Virus record (IMG/VR): IMGVR_UViG_3300032288_004103
Source of the DNA: an uncultured virus (IMG/VR IMGVR_UViG_3300032288_004103)
Taxonomy: Duplodnaviria > Heunggongvirae > Uroviricota > Caudoviricetes
Length of the DNA: 64,000 bases
Reading direction: 5' to 3' (one strand)
Shown: positions 9,686-17,882 of the stretch, piece after piece
Layout of the letters: every line of letters starts with the position of its first letter
Position numbering within the stretch: the first letter of the stretch is position 1
Translations under genes and position numbers: made by a program
The notes under the pieces: model-generated
The model's database searches: none
The model's input: the letters and a program-made list of their open reading frames with translations, nothing else
Told to the model about the DNA's origin: nothing

Positions 9686-10054
9686 ATGAAAGAAGAATTA
9701 GTAATTAAATTTTTAACTTTACAACAACAATTTAGAATATTACATTGGCAAACAAAATCATATGCAAAACATAATGCTTATGGGAGTATATATGATTCTT
9801 TAGATGGATTTATTGACGAGTTTATTGAAATTTATATGGGTAAATATGGTAGAGTTAGTTTTAATGGTGATGGTAACATAATGTTAAAAAATTCTGATTC
9901 ATTAGATTTAAATTTATTTATAAAAGAAAATATTAGTTGGTTAAAAAGTTTAAGTGGTAAATTAAATGTTGAGAACGACAGTGATTTATTAAATATTAGA
10001 GATGAAATAATGGGTTCTTTAAATAAATTACGTTATCTATTAACACTTAAATAA
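9686..10054 (+). CDS. Ferritin/Dps-like four-helix protein (DUF5856-like)
   Basis: LHWQTKSYAKHNAYGSIYDSLDGFIDEFIE carries the Dps-like H..H..D..E pattern; ends KLRYLLTL. Confidence 0.7.
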   Translation: MKEELVIKFLTLQQQFRILHWQTKSYAKHNAYGSIYDSLDGFIDEFIEIYMGKYGRVSFNGDGNIMLKNSDSLDLNLFIKENISWLKSLSGKLNVENDSDLLNIRDEIMGSLNKLRYLLTLK

Positions 10055-10422
10055 TGAAATTCAAAGATGTCTTAAAAGAATCTTATGAAAATGAATTAGG
10101 TGATCCACTTGATGGTAGGGATAATGCATGTATGTCTTCCTTATATAAGGCACAACAATTATTGACTGATGCATTAAGATTAATAGAAAATGCGTATCAA
10201 GAGTGTGATGATGAAGAAATGAGGAAAGAAATCATAGAATTTAAAAAAGATTTAATTCATGATTTTGGACATAACGATGGAGATGGTTTTGGTCAAGAAG
10301 AAGACAACGAAAATGAAAACAATTTAATAAATAGGATTGGGGATTTCATTGATAAACATACCCCAAAAAACTGGGATGCAAATATTCACGATGAAATTAA
10401 TCCTGAAGAAGATGTTTTTTAA
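10054..10422 (+). CDS. Acidic hypothetical protein with MKFKDVLKE leader (putative head-internal protein)
   Basis: 122 aa; TAATG overlap with upstream gene. Confidence 0.6.
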   Translation: MKFKDVLKESYENELGDPLDGRDNACMSSLYKAQQLLTDALRLIENAYQECDDEEMRKEIIEFKKDLIHDFGHNDGDGFGQEEDNENENNLINRIGDFIDKHTPKNWDANIHDEINPEEDVF

Positions 10423-10660
10423 CTAATTCTACTGCTTCATCAATAGTCTGAAAAGATTTATCAGGTACAAATGCGGTTTTACCCATTAAAATTGCGGGTA
10501 GGTATTGGTTATCAACCTTTTTAGAAAAAACTTCATATAAGTCTTCATTATCATCAACATCAATATCAATATAATCAATATTATTTTCGTTTAATTTGTT
10601 TTTTAAGTTTTCACAATGAGGGCAACCCTTCATAGAAAAAATTTTTACTTCAGTGTCCAT
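10397..10660 (-). CDS. Glutaredoxin/NrdH-like redoxin
   Basis: 87 aa; FSMKGCPHC active site, IDID and cis-Pro LP motif. Confidence 0.85.
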   Translation of the reverse strand: MDTEVKIFSMKGCPHCENLKNKLNENNIDYIDIDVDDNEDLYEVFSKKVDNQYLPAILMGKTAFVPDKSFQTIDEAVELVKKHLLQD

Positions 10661-12461
10661 TTTCTAATTTATTTAAAAATTCATTTATTATTTCATCTTC
10701 ACCCATTATAGTTCCGATAACTTTTCTTTTTTCATTAAGAATATCCCATATTAATGTATCTATGGTTTCATCTATTAACATATAATAAATATTAACAGTT
10801 TCTTTTTGTCCAATTCTATATGCCCTATCTTCCGCCTGTTCGTGATTTCCTGGTACCCAATCTAAAGAATTCATAATGACTATTTCTGCTTTAGTTAAAG
10901 TTAAACCAACACCTGCGGCTTTAATTTGTCCAATAAAAACCATACAATTTTCATCTTCTTGAAATTTATCTACAGATAATTGTTTTTGTTTATCACTCAT
11001 ACCACCTCTAACACAAACCGCTTTATTACCAAAATGATTTAAAAACGCATCCATTTCATCATTAAAATTACAGAATATTATAACTTTTTTATTTAATTCT
11101 AAAGCTTCTTCCGCTTTTTCAATTGAATAAGGTACAGTTTCCATTGCAATAAAAGTCCTTAATAAAGTCATCTCTACTAAGTCTTTTGCAGGATTACCTT
11201 TTTTACCATCTATTTTTCTTTTGTTAAGATAATCATTCCACACATTTTTATATCCATTTACATTTTCTAATTCTAAATAAACTGGTGTAATTAATTTTTC
11301 AGGTAAATCCAAAACGTCTTCTTTTTTTCTTCTGAGAATAGTTCTTTTTGTTTTAGTAGATAATTCATCTAAATTTGATGCTCCTTTTGTAACCCAAACA
11401 AATTTACCTCCTTTTTTGAATCTCATACCTTCACAATAAGTTTTAGCGTAATGAACCCAATTATTTGCCACAGGAGAATCTATGATAGATAGTAAGTTAT
11501 AATAATCCATAGGTCGATTCGCTATAGGTGTACCAGTTAATAACCAAACTCTAGCAGACTTAAAACTCTTTACAACATCTTTTATTATTTTCCCTCTTAT
11601 ACTTTTATGATTTTTTACAAAGTGGGCTTCATCTAAAATTATTAATTCAGGATTAAATTCTATTAATTCTCTCCTTAATTCCCAATCTTCATATTCTTTA
11701 TTCCTTTCTTTTATTGTATGAAAATTTTTTAATATATCGTAATTGATTATAGTAAACTTATCAGGATCCCAATAATTACCTTTTATTATCGATACATCGT
11801 TACAAAAATTTTCTACCTCTCTTTTCCAATTTATTTTTAAAGAAGAAGGACATATTATTAAAATTCTTTCTACACCTGTTTCTAATGCAGCTACTATTGA
11901 TTGGTATGTTTTACCTAATCCCATATCATCTGCAAGAATACATTTTTGATTTTTTAATAAAAATTTTACCCCCTCTTCTTGATGACTAAAAGCTTTCCAT
12001 CCCCTTCTATCTAATTCTTTATACTTTTCAAAATCAATCTCCACATTTATTTCTTCAAAATGTATATCGTCTAACAATTGAGTTTTAGGTACCCATAATA
12101 ATTTAAAATCATCTTGTTTTTTATGTAACTTACATAAAACATGAATAGCTTTGTCTGACTCCGCAATTAAAGTATCTATAAAAATTTTTTTAGGTGTTAT
12201 ATTTAATTTATGTTCTTCCTGTAATTGTTCAGAATAATAATTGGTGACCTCAATAATTTTATTTATAACTTTTGGTTCGAAATAAAAATAAGATTTAATA
12301 TAATTTGATTGATTATTTGTTAAGTAATAATTTTTTTCTGTCAATAATTTTTTCTTCATATAACGTATATAAGGGTTTTTACCCTCATATGAAGTTAATA
12401 AAGTTTCTACATCCAAATTATTGATATCCTTAATATCTAACATAATTTTAAATATAGACAT
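10650..12461 (-). CDS. SNF2-family (SMARCAL1/HARP-like) helicase
   Basis: LADDMGLGKT, ILDEAH, LTGTPIAN, AAGVGLTL, QAEDRAYRIGQ. Confidence 0.92.
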   Translation of the reverse strand: MSIFKIMLDIKDINNLDVETLLTSYEGKNPYIRYMKKKLLTEKNYYLTNNQSNYIKSYFYFEPKVINKIIEVTNYYSEQLQEEHKLNITPKKIFIDTLIAESDKAIHVLCKLHKKQDDFKLLWVPKTQLLDDIHFEEINVEIDFEKYKELDRRGWKAFSHQEEGVKFLLKNQKCILADDMGLGKTYQSIVAALETGVERILIICPSSLKINWKREVENFCNDVSIIKGNYWDPDKFTIINYDILKNFHTIKERNKEYEDWELRRELIEFNPELIILDEAHFVKNHKSIRGKIIKDVVKSFKSARVWLLTGTPIANRPMDYYNLLSIIDSPVANNWVHYAKTYCEGMRFKKGGKFVWVTKGASNLDELSTKTKRTILRRKKEDVLDLPEKLITPVYLELENVNGYKNVWNDYLNKRKIDGKKGNPAKDLVEMTLLRTFIAMETVPYSIEKAEEALELNKKVIIFCNFNDEMDAFLNHFGNKAVCVRGGMSDKQKQLSVDKFQEDENCMVFIGQIKAAGVGLTLTKAEIVIMNSLDWVPGNHEQAEDRAYRIGQKETVNIYYMLIDETIDTLIWDILNEKRKVIGTIMGEDEIINEFLNKLENGH

Positions 12462-12505
12462 TTTTTTCTTAAAAATAAATATTTATCTATAAAACATATT
12501 TCAAT

Positions 12506-13018
12506 ATGCGTAAAATACCTATAGAACGTTTAAACAAATTTTTCTCTCAAGATGATTTTGAGTTAGAAATAGATTTTGGTCGAGAGTGGTTAGAGGGGGA
12601 TATTAATATAAAAGTTATTCTTTATAGAGTAGATAGAACTGAAACTACAAAAGACGATATTTATGGTGAGGCAGGTAAAAATGAAATTAGATTTAAACCA
12701 CCTGTAGAAATACCTGTTAGTTTTAGTTATGCAACACCAGCAAATAAAAATTATAATAGTGATGGATCATTAAGATTTTTAGAAAGAGGTAATTTAACTT
12801 TAGGTGTTTATCAAGAACAATTAGATGAATTAGGTGTAGACATTTCTTATGGTGATTATATAGGATATGCACAAACTGAAACGGATGTAAAATACTTTAC
12901 AGTTTCTAATGATGGTAAAATATTTTCAGATAATGCACATACTATTGGTGGGTATAAAGGGTTTTACAGAACAATAACATGCGTACCAACTGATTTAAAC
13001 GAATTTAACGGAATGTAA
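12506..13018 (+). CDS. Putative head closure/neck protein (gp14-like)
   Basis: 170 aa; DDIYGE motif, beta-rich, directly upstream of the tail-terminator-like gene. Confidence 0.55.
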   Translation: MRKIPIERLNKFFSQDDFELEIDFGREWLEGDINIKVILYRVDRTETTKDDIYGEAGKNEIRFKPPVEIPVSFSYATPANKNYNSDGSLRFLERGNLTLGVYQEQLDELGVDISYGDYIGYAQTETDVKYFTVSNDGKIFSDNAHTIGGYKGFYRTITCVPTDLNEFNGM

Positions 13019-13019
13019 T

Positions 13020-14054
13020 ATGGGATTACCAAAAAATTATAGAAAAAATCTAAAAATCACTCCTCATAAACAAGGTTTTGAACAAAGACAAAGTATTTTA
13101 GATGAAATTGCTAATAAAGGTACTTATCTACCTAAAGGAATACTTCATGAAGATATGGATGGTGAAATGATAAATTATATTAATAATGATATAGATTTAA
13201 CATTAGAAGGTGAAAAAGTACCAGTAATATTTTTAAGTACTCAAAGGTGGGCGGAATTTTCAAAAACTTGGCAGTATACTGATATAGATAAAAATATTAA
13301 ATTACCTTTTATTACTGTAGTAAGAAAACCTGACGCACAACAAGGCACTAATTATGCAGGAACTTTTAATATTCCTGGTAGACCTACATTTACATATATG
13401 AAAATACCTACTTGGGATGGTAATAGGAAGGGGTTTGATATATACAAAATACCACAACCAATTTCGATTGACATTATGTATGAAGTTAGACTTTTTTGTA
13501 ATAGAATGAGAGAACTTAATTTAATGAATGGAAAAATGTTAACTTCATTTTCTTCATTAGAAAAATATATTAAAGTTAACGGACACCCAATACCACTTAT
13601 TTTAGATAGTATTGGTGATGAAAGTCAGATTACAAATTTAGATGAAAGGAAATATTACGTTCAATTATTTACTATCAAAATGATGGGTTACTTATTAGAT
13701 GAAAATGATTTTGTAGTTACACCAGCAATTAATAGAGCTATTAATTTTTTTGAGGTTAATAATGAATTATATAAATCCACATATCAATTAAACCCAAATA
13801 AAAGAAATGGTGGTGTTTGTTTAGATATTGTTCTTCCTGTAGGTACAAATAGTATTAATATACCTATAAATACCTCAATAACATACACAAATTTAAATAC
13901 AACAAATATAGATTCAGTTCTATTTAAAAAAAATGGGGATATTGTTTCATTACCTTTTACATTAAATAATGGGGATACTTTATTTATTCAAGTCACTAAA
14001 ACAGATATAAATAATTCTTCTACTATAGAATTATGTGAAATATTATGTGGATAA
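13020..14054 (+). CDS. Putative tail terminator/sheath stabiliser (gp15-like)
   Basis: KVPVIF..QRW..KLPFITV..PQPISIDIMYEV..MRELN pattern; position after the neck gene. Confidence 0.55.
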   Translation: MGLPKNYRKNLKITPHKQGFEQRQSILDEIANKGTYLPKGILHEDMDGEMINYINNDIDLTLEGEKVPVIFLSTQRWAEFSKTWQYTDIDKNIKLPFITVVRKPDAQQGTNYAGTFNIPGRPTFTYMKIPTWDGNRKGFDIYKIPQPISIDIMYEVRLFCNRMRELNLMNGKMLTSFSSLEKYIKVNGHPIPLILDSIGDESQITNLDERKYYVQLFTIKMMGYLLDENDFVVTPAINRAINFFEVNNELYKSTYQLNPNKRNGGVCLDIVLPVGTNSINIPINTSITYTNLNTTNIDSVLFKKNGDIVSLPFTLNNGDTLFIQVTKTDINNSSTIELCEILCG

Positions 14055-14138
14055 ATAAAAAAAAATAATAATAATTAGTAATCTTTTATTTTTATTAATA
14101 TTTATAAAATATAACATAATCTTGGATAGGGAAAAGGT

Positions 14139-16943
14139 ATGGCAAATGAATTCGTAATAAAGAATGGGTTTATATCTAAAGGAAACTCAACAATATCAGG
14201 TACATATTTACCTAATGGGTACGCCTTATCTGTAACTGGTGATACTAACCTTAATGGTGATTTAATAGTAACTGGTAGTACCATAATACAGGATGGTTTA
14301 ACAGCTAACACAATTTATACAGACTATATAGATTTTAATATTACCGCAAATACGACTCATCAAGAAGGTAGGATACATTGGAATGATACTTTAAAGACAC
14401 TACAAGTAGACACCGAAAATTCAGATGTAAGTATAAATGTTGGTCACGATGTTATACAAAGAGTAGTAAATAAAACTGGATCACCAATACTAAAAGGAAA
14501 AGTAGTTTATATAAATAGTGAATTTGGTGGTAGACCAACTATAACTTTGGCGAGTAATACTTCTGATTTAACATCTGCAAGGACTTTTGGTGTAGTAATG
14601 GATGATATTGACAATAACAAAAATGGATATGTTATTGCGTTTGGTTTACTTCAAGGTATCAATACAAATAGTTATACTGGCGGACAAACTTTATATTTAG
14701 GTGTCAATGGTAATGTAATAACAACTAAACCAATCGCACCTACACATTTAGTATATGTTGCTAAAGTAATATCTGTAGGTACAAATGGTTCTATATTTGT
14801 TTCCATTCAAAATGGGTTTGAGTTAGATGAATTACATGATGTAAGGATAACAACTCCTTTAAGTGGGGATTTACTTATAAGAAGTTCTTATTTAGGTAGT
14901 CCTGTTTGGGTAAATACTAAAACATTAAATGGTAATTATACTATATCAGGAAACACTTCACACATTGGCAATTTTAATATCACAGGAGATACTACACAGA
15001 TAGGAAATATAACATTATCTGGAAACTCTTTTATAACTGGAAATACAACTCAAATAGGGGATTATTTTATAACTGGAGATACTACACAAATTGGTGATTA
15101 TCATATAACAGGTAATACAACCCAATATGGTGATGTATTTTTAAGTGGTAATGGTAATTGTACTTTATTTGTTGACGGTAATGTTTGTATTGGTGGGGAT
15201 TTAAATATTAGTGGTAATACAACGCAAAGTGGTACAACAAATCAGACTGGCGATTTTAATATAACTGGTAACACTTCACAAATTGGTTTACATACACATA
15301 GTGGGGATACGTTTGTTACTGGAAATACAACACAGATAGGAGATATTAATATTACTGGTACGACAACTCAAATTGGTTTACACACCCATAGTGGAGATAC
15401 GTTTGTTACTGGAAATACTTTCGTAACTGGTGATACTGAGCAATTTGGTAATCTGTACATTAGTGGTGATAGTAATTGCACTTTATTTGTTGATGGTGAT
15501 GTTTGTATTAATGGTGATTTAAATATTACGGGTGATACAACGCAAATTGGTGATTATCATATAACAGGTAATACAAGTCAGATAGGTTTACACACACACA
15601 GTGGGGATACATTTGTAACTGGAAATACCATACAATTGGGTGATTCATTTATAGTTGGTAATGAATGGTTAACTGGAAATACAAATCAGATTGGAGTTTA
15701 CACACATAGTGGGGATACGTTTGTTACTGGAAATACAACACAGATAGGAGATATTAATATTACTGGTACGTCAACTCAAATTGGTAATATAAATTTAAGT
15801 GGAGATACCTTTATTACAGGTAATACAACGCAAAGTGGTACAACAAATCAGACTGGCGATTTTAATATAACTGGTAATACAACACAGATAGGTATATATA
15901 CCCATAGTGGAGATACTTTTGTAACTGGAGATACTGAACAATTTGGTAACTTATATATTAGTGGAGATAGTAATTGTACAATATATGTAGACGGTAATGT
16001 TTGTATTAATGGAAATTTAAATATTACTGGTAATACAACTCAGTTTGGTAATATAAATCTTAGTGGTAATACATTCATTACAGGAAATACAACTCAAATA
16101 GGGGATTATTTTATAACAGGGGATACTAACCAAATTGGTAATTCAGTTTTAAGTGGTAATACATTTATAACTGGAGATACTACACAATATGGTAATGTTT
16201 ATATAAGTGGTACTTCTTTACCAAATGAATGTGCGTTAGAGATTGATGGTAATGTTTGTATTGATGGTGATGTAAATATTACAGGTGATACATTTATGTC
16301 AGGAGATTTTTGTATGAATAATATGAATTCTGGTGGATTACCAACAGGTACTAATTGTTTTGACACTACTTTAATCCCAATAGGTACAACTGTAACCCAC
16401 CAATTTCAAAGTGAAAGTGGGGTTTTAGCACATATAGGTGATTTAGCAACTGGAGAACCGAATTCTAGGGGTTATACATATTATGAAAATAATATTACTA
16501 ATACATCATTTGTTACTGTAGGTCAAGGTGTTTTTACACCAGTAATTGGTGCACCTACAACATTCGCCCCATATAATAATTTATTTACTGTAACTACTGG
16601 TGCCACTACCGCAACAATACATAAATTAACTTATAATTATCCTCCAGCATCAGGTACTTCAAGTGCAACTTATTTAAAATTCACAGTTTCCCTTACAGTT
16701 CAAAATGGACAAAACCAACAACTTACATTTCAAGTAAGAAGAAAACGTGGCGTTACTTTTACTTTCTTACCTATAGGTATGTCTATAACACCACAAGCAA
16801 ATAATATACAAGGGATAACATTTAATGGAATATCAGATGCGTGGATTAATGACGAATTTCAAGTGGTCGTTAAAAATGATACTGGTAGTGGACCTTCCAA
16901 CTCAATAAGAATTGTGGATTTATCATTCTCAATGTTTACTTAA
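14139..16943 (+). CDS. Tail fibre/whisker with long 6/12-aa beta-helical repeat region
   Basis: 934 aa; MANEFVIKNG N-terminus, ELDELHDV motif, ITGNTTQIGD-type repeats. Confidence 0.75.
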   Translation: MANEFVIKNGFISKGNSTISGTYLPNGYALSVTGDTNLNGDLIVTGSTIIQDGLTANTIYTDYIDFNITANTTHQEGRIHWNDTLKTLQVDTENSDVSINVGHDVIQRVVNKTGSPILKGKVVYINSEFGGRPTITLASNTSDLTSARTFGVVMDDIDNNKNGYVIAFGLLQGINTNSYTGGQTLYLGVNGNVITTKPIAPTHLVYVAKVISVGTNGSIFVSIQNGFELDELHDVRITTPLSGDLLIRSSYLGSPVWVNTKTLNGNYTISGNTSHIGNFNITGDTTQIGNITLSGNSFITGNTTQIGDYFITGDTTQIGDYHITGNTTQYGDVFLSGNGNCTLFVDGNVCIGGDLNISGNTTQSGTTNQTGDFNITGNTSQIGLHTHSGDTFVTGNTTQIGDINITGTTTQIGLHTHSGDTFVTGNTFVTGDTEQFGNLYISGDSNCTLFVDGDVCINGDLNITGDTTQIGDYHITGNTSQIGLHTHSGDTFVTGNTIQLGDSFIVGNEWLTGNTNQIGVYTHSGDTFVTGNTTQIGDINITGTSTQIGNINLSGDTFITGNTTQSGTTNQTGDFNITGNTTQIGIYTHSGDTFVTGDTEQFGNLYISGDSNCTIYVDGNVCINGNLNITGNTTQFGNINLSGNTFITGNTTQIGDYFITGDTNQIGNSVLSGNTFITGDTTQYGNVYISGTSLPNECALEIDGNVCIDGDVNITGDTFMSGDFCMNNMNSGGLPTGTNCFDTTLIPIGTTVTHQFQSESGVLAHIGDLATGEPNSRGYTYYENNITNTSFVTVGQGVFTPVIGAPTTFAPYNNLFTVTTGATTATIHKLTYNYPPASGTSSATYLKFTVSLTVQNGQNQQLTFQVRRKRGVTFTFLPIGMSITPQANNIQGITFNGISDAWINDEFQVVVKNDTGSGPSNSIRIVDLSFSMFT
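14930..16310 (+). repeat. Coding repeats (x-[IV]-[ST]-G-[ND]-T units) with exact block duplications
   Basis: Identical blocks 15213-15271/15819-15877 and 15294-15362/15702-15770. Confidence 0.85.
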
Positions 16944-16956
16944 AAAAATAAAAAAA

Positions 16957-17583
16957 ATGAAATTACAGGCATATATTTTAAATGGTACTCCTTTATCTAA
17001 TTACAGTAGTTGGTCAAGTAGTGATATTATCGGACCACCTTTTATAGTTAGTGATGATTTAAAAGAAAACTATACAGATGTAAGTTCTATATTAAACTGG
17101 TTTAATTATGGAGATAAATTAAAAGACTTTAATTATGTTAGAGATAGAATAAAATATTTTGTAGATTTAATTGGATTTAACAATCTATCTTTAGAAGAAA
17201 AAATTATTTCGGCACAATATTTTTTAGTTAGTAAAAGTGATAGAGATACAGTTTTAAGTGAAGATGAACAAAAAATATATTGGAATGTGTTAGTAGAAAA
17301 TTCCCAAAAATCTAGATTCACTAGATGGGAACATGCAAAAACTTATATTTCTTATAAATTATCACCTTTAAATTCTTCTGATTTAGCAATATCTACATCT
17401 CAATTATGTACTGACTATATTAATTTTAATATTATAACAAAAACAAAAGATGGGATATCAGGACTTTTTGACTATCTAAAAGGTGAAGGTGATTATGTGA
17501 CTAACGGTTACCCTTCAAAAAGTTATTGGACTCAACAAGATCAAGATTCATTAATGGATATTTTAGAAAATGGTAATTATTAA
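16957..17583 (+). CDS. Hypothetical protein, possibly a fibre assembly chaperone
   Basis: ATG at 16957 after an A-rich leader is more plausible than track start 16912; directly follows the fibre gene. Confidence 0.6.
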   Translation: MKLQAYILNGTPLSNYSSWSSSDIIGPPFIVSDDLKENYTDVSSILNWFNYGDKLKDFNYVRDRIKYFVDLIGFNNLSLEEKIISAQYFLVSKSDRDTVLSEDEQKIYWNVLVENSQKSRFTRWEHAKTYISYKLSPLNSSDLAISTSQLCTDYINFNIITKTKDGISGLFDYLKGEGDYVTNGYPSKSYWTQQDQDSLMDILENGNY

Positions 17584-17738
17584 TTTACCTCATCACCATA
17601 TATATCTGTTTTAGTCTTACATTTTTCTTTTATTAATTTCTCAACAAATGCGAACATTTTAAGTCCGTTTTTCTCACAATAATCTTTTAATATTTTATGT
17701 GTCTGAGGAGTTATTTTTAAATTATTTTCCCTTTTCAT
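17580..17738 (-). CDS. Small ribbon-helix-helix (Arc/CopG-like) DNA-binding protein, not in ORF track
   Basis: MKRENNLKITPQTHKILKDYCEKNGLKMFAFVEKLIKEKCKTKTDIYGDEVN (52 aa): strand NLKI, helix, NG turn, helix. Confidence 0.7.
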   Translation of the reverse strand: MKRENNLKITPQTHKILKDYCEKNGLKMFAFVEKLIKEKCKTKTDIYGDEVN

Positions 17739-17753
17739 AACATTTTTTATTAT

Positions 17754-17808
17754 AAGTATGTCAAAAGTATGATAAAACTCATACTAAATTTGTGTTATAT
17801 AACACAAA
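17754..17808. promoter_or_regulatory. Putative operator cluster between RHH gene and tail sheath
   Basis: AAGTATG twice (17754, 17765); inverted AGTATGA-n6-TCATACT (17766-17785); perfect 20-bp palindrome TTTGTGTTATATAACACAAA (17789-17808). Confidence 0.55.
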
Positions 17809-17882
17809 AAATATTTTTTCAAAAAAACCAGTATATTTATATTAAAAGAAAATAATAAATAATAACTAAAAAAATAAATTAA

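Noticed and set aside
14139..16943. Diversity-generating retroelement acting on fibre repeats
   Set aside because: No reverse transcriptase in the window; duplicated blocks are in-frame and not adenine-specific variants.
17789..17808. Palindrome as an NrdR box
   Set aside because: Arms are in the opposite orientation (GTGT..ACAC) and it is far from nrdJ.
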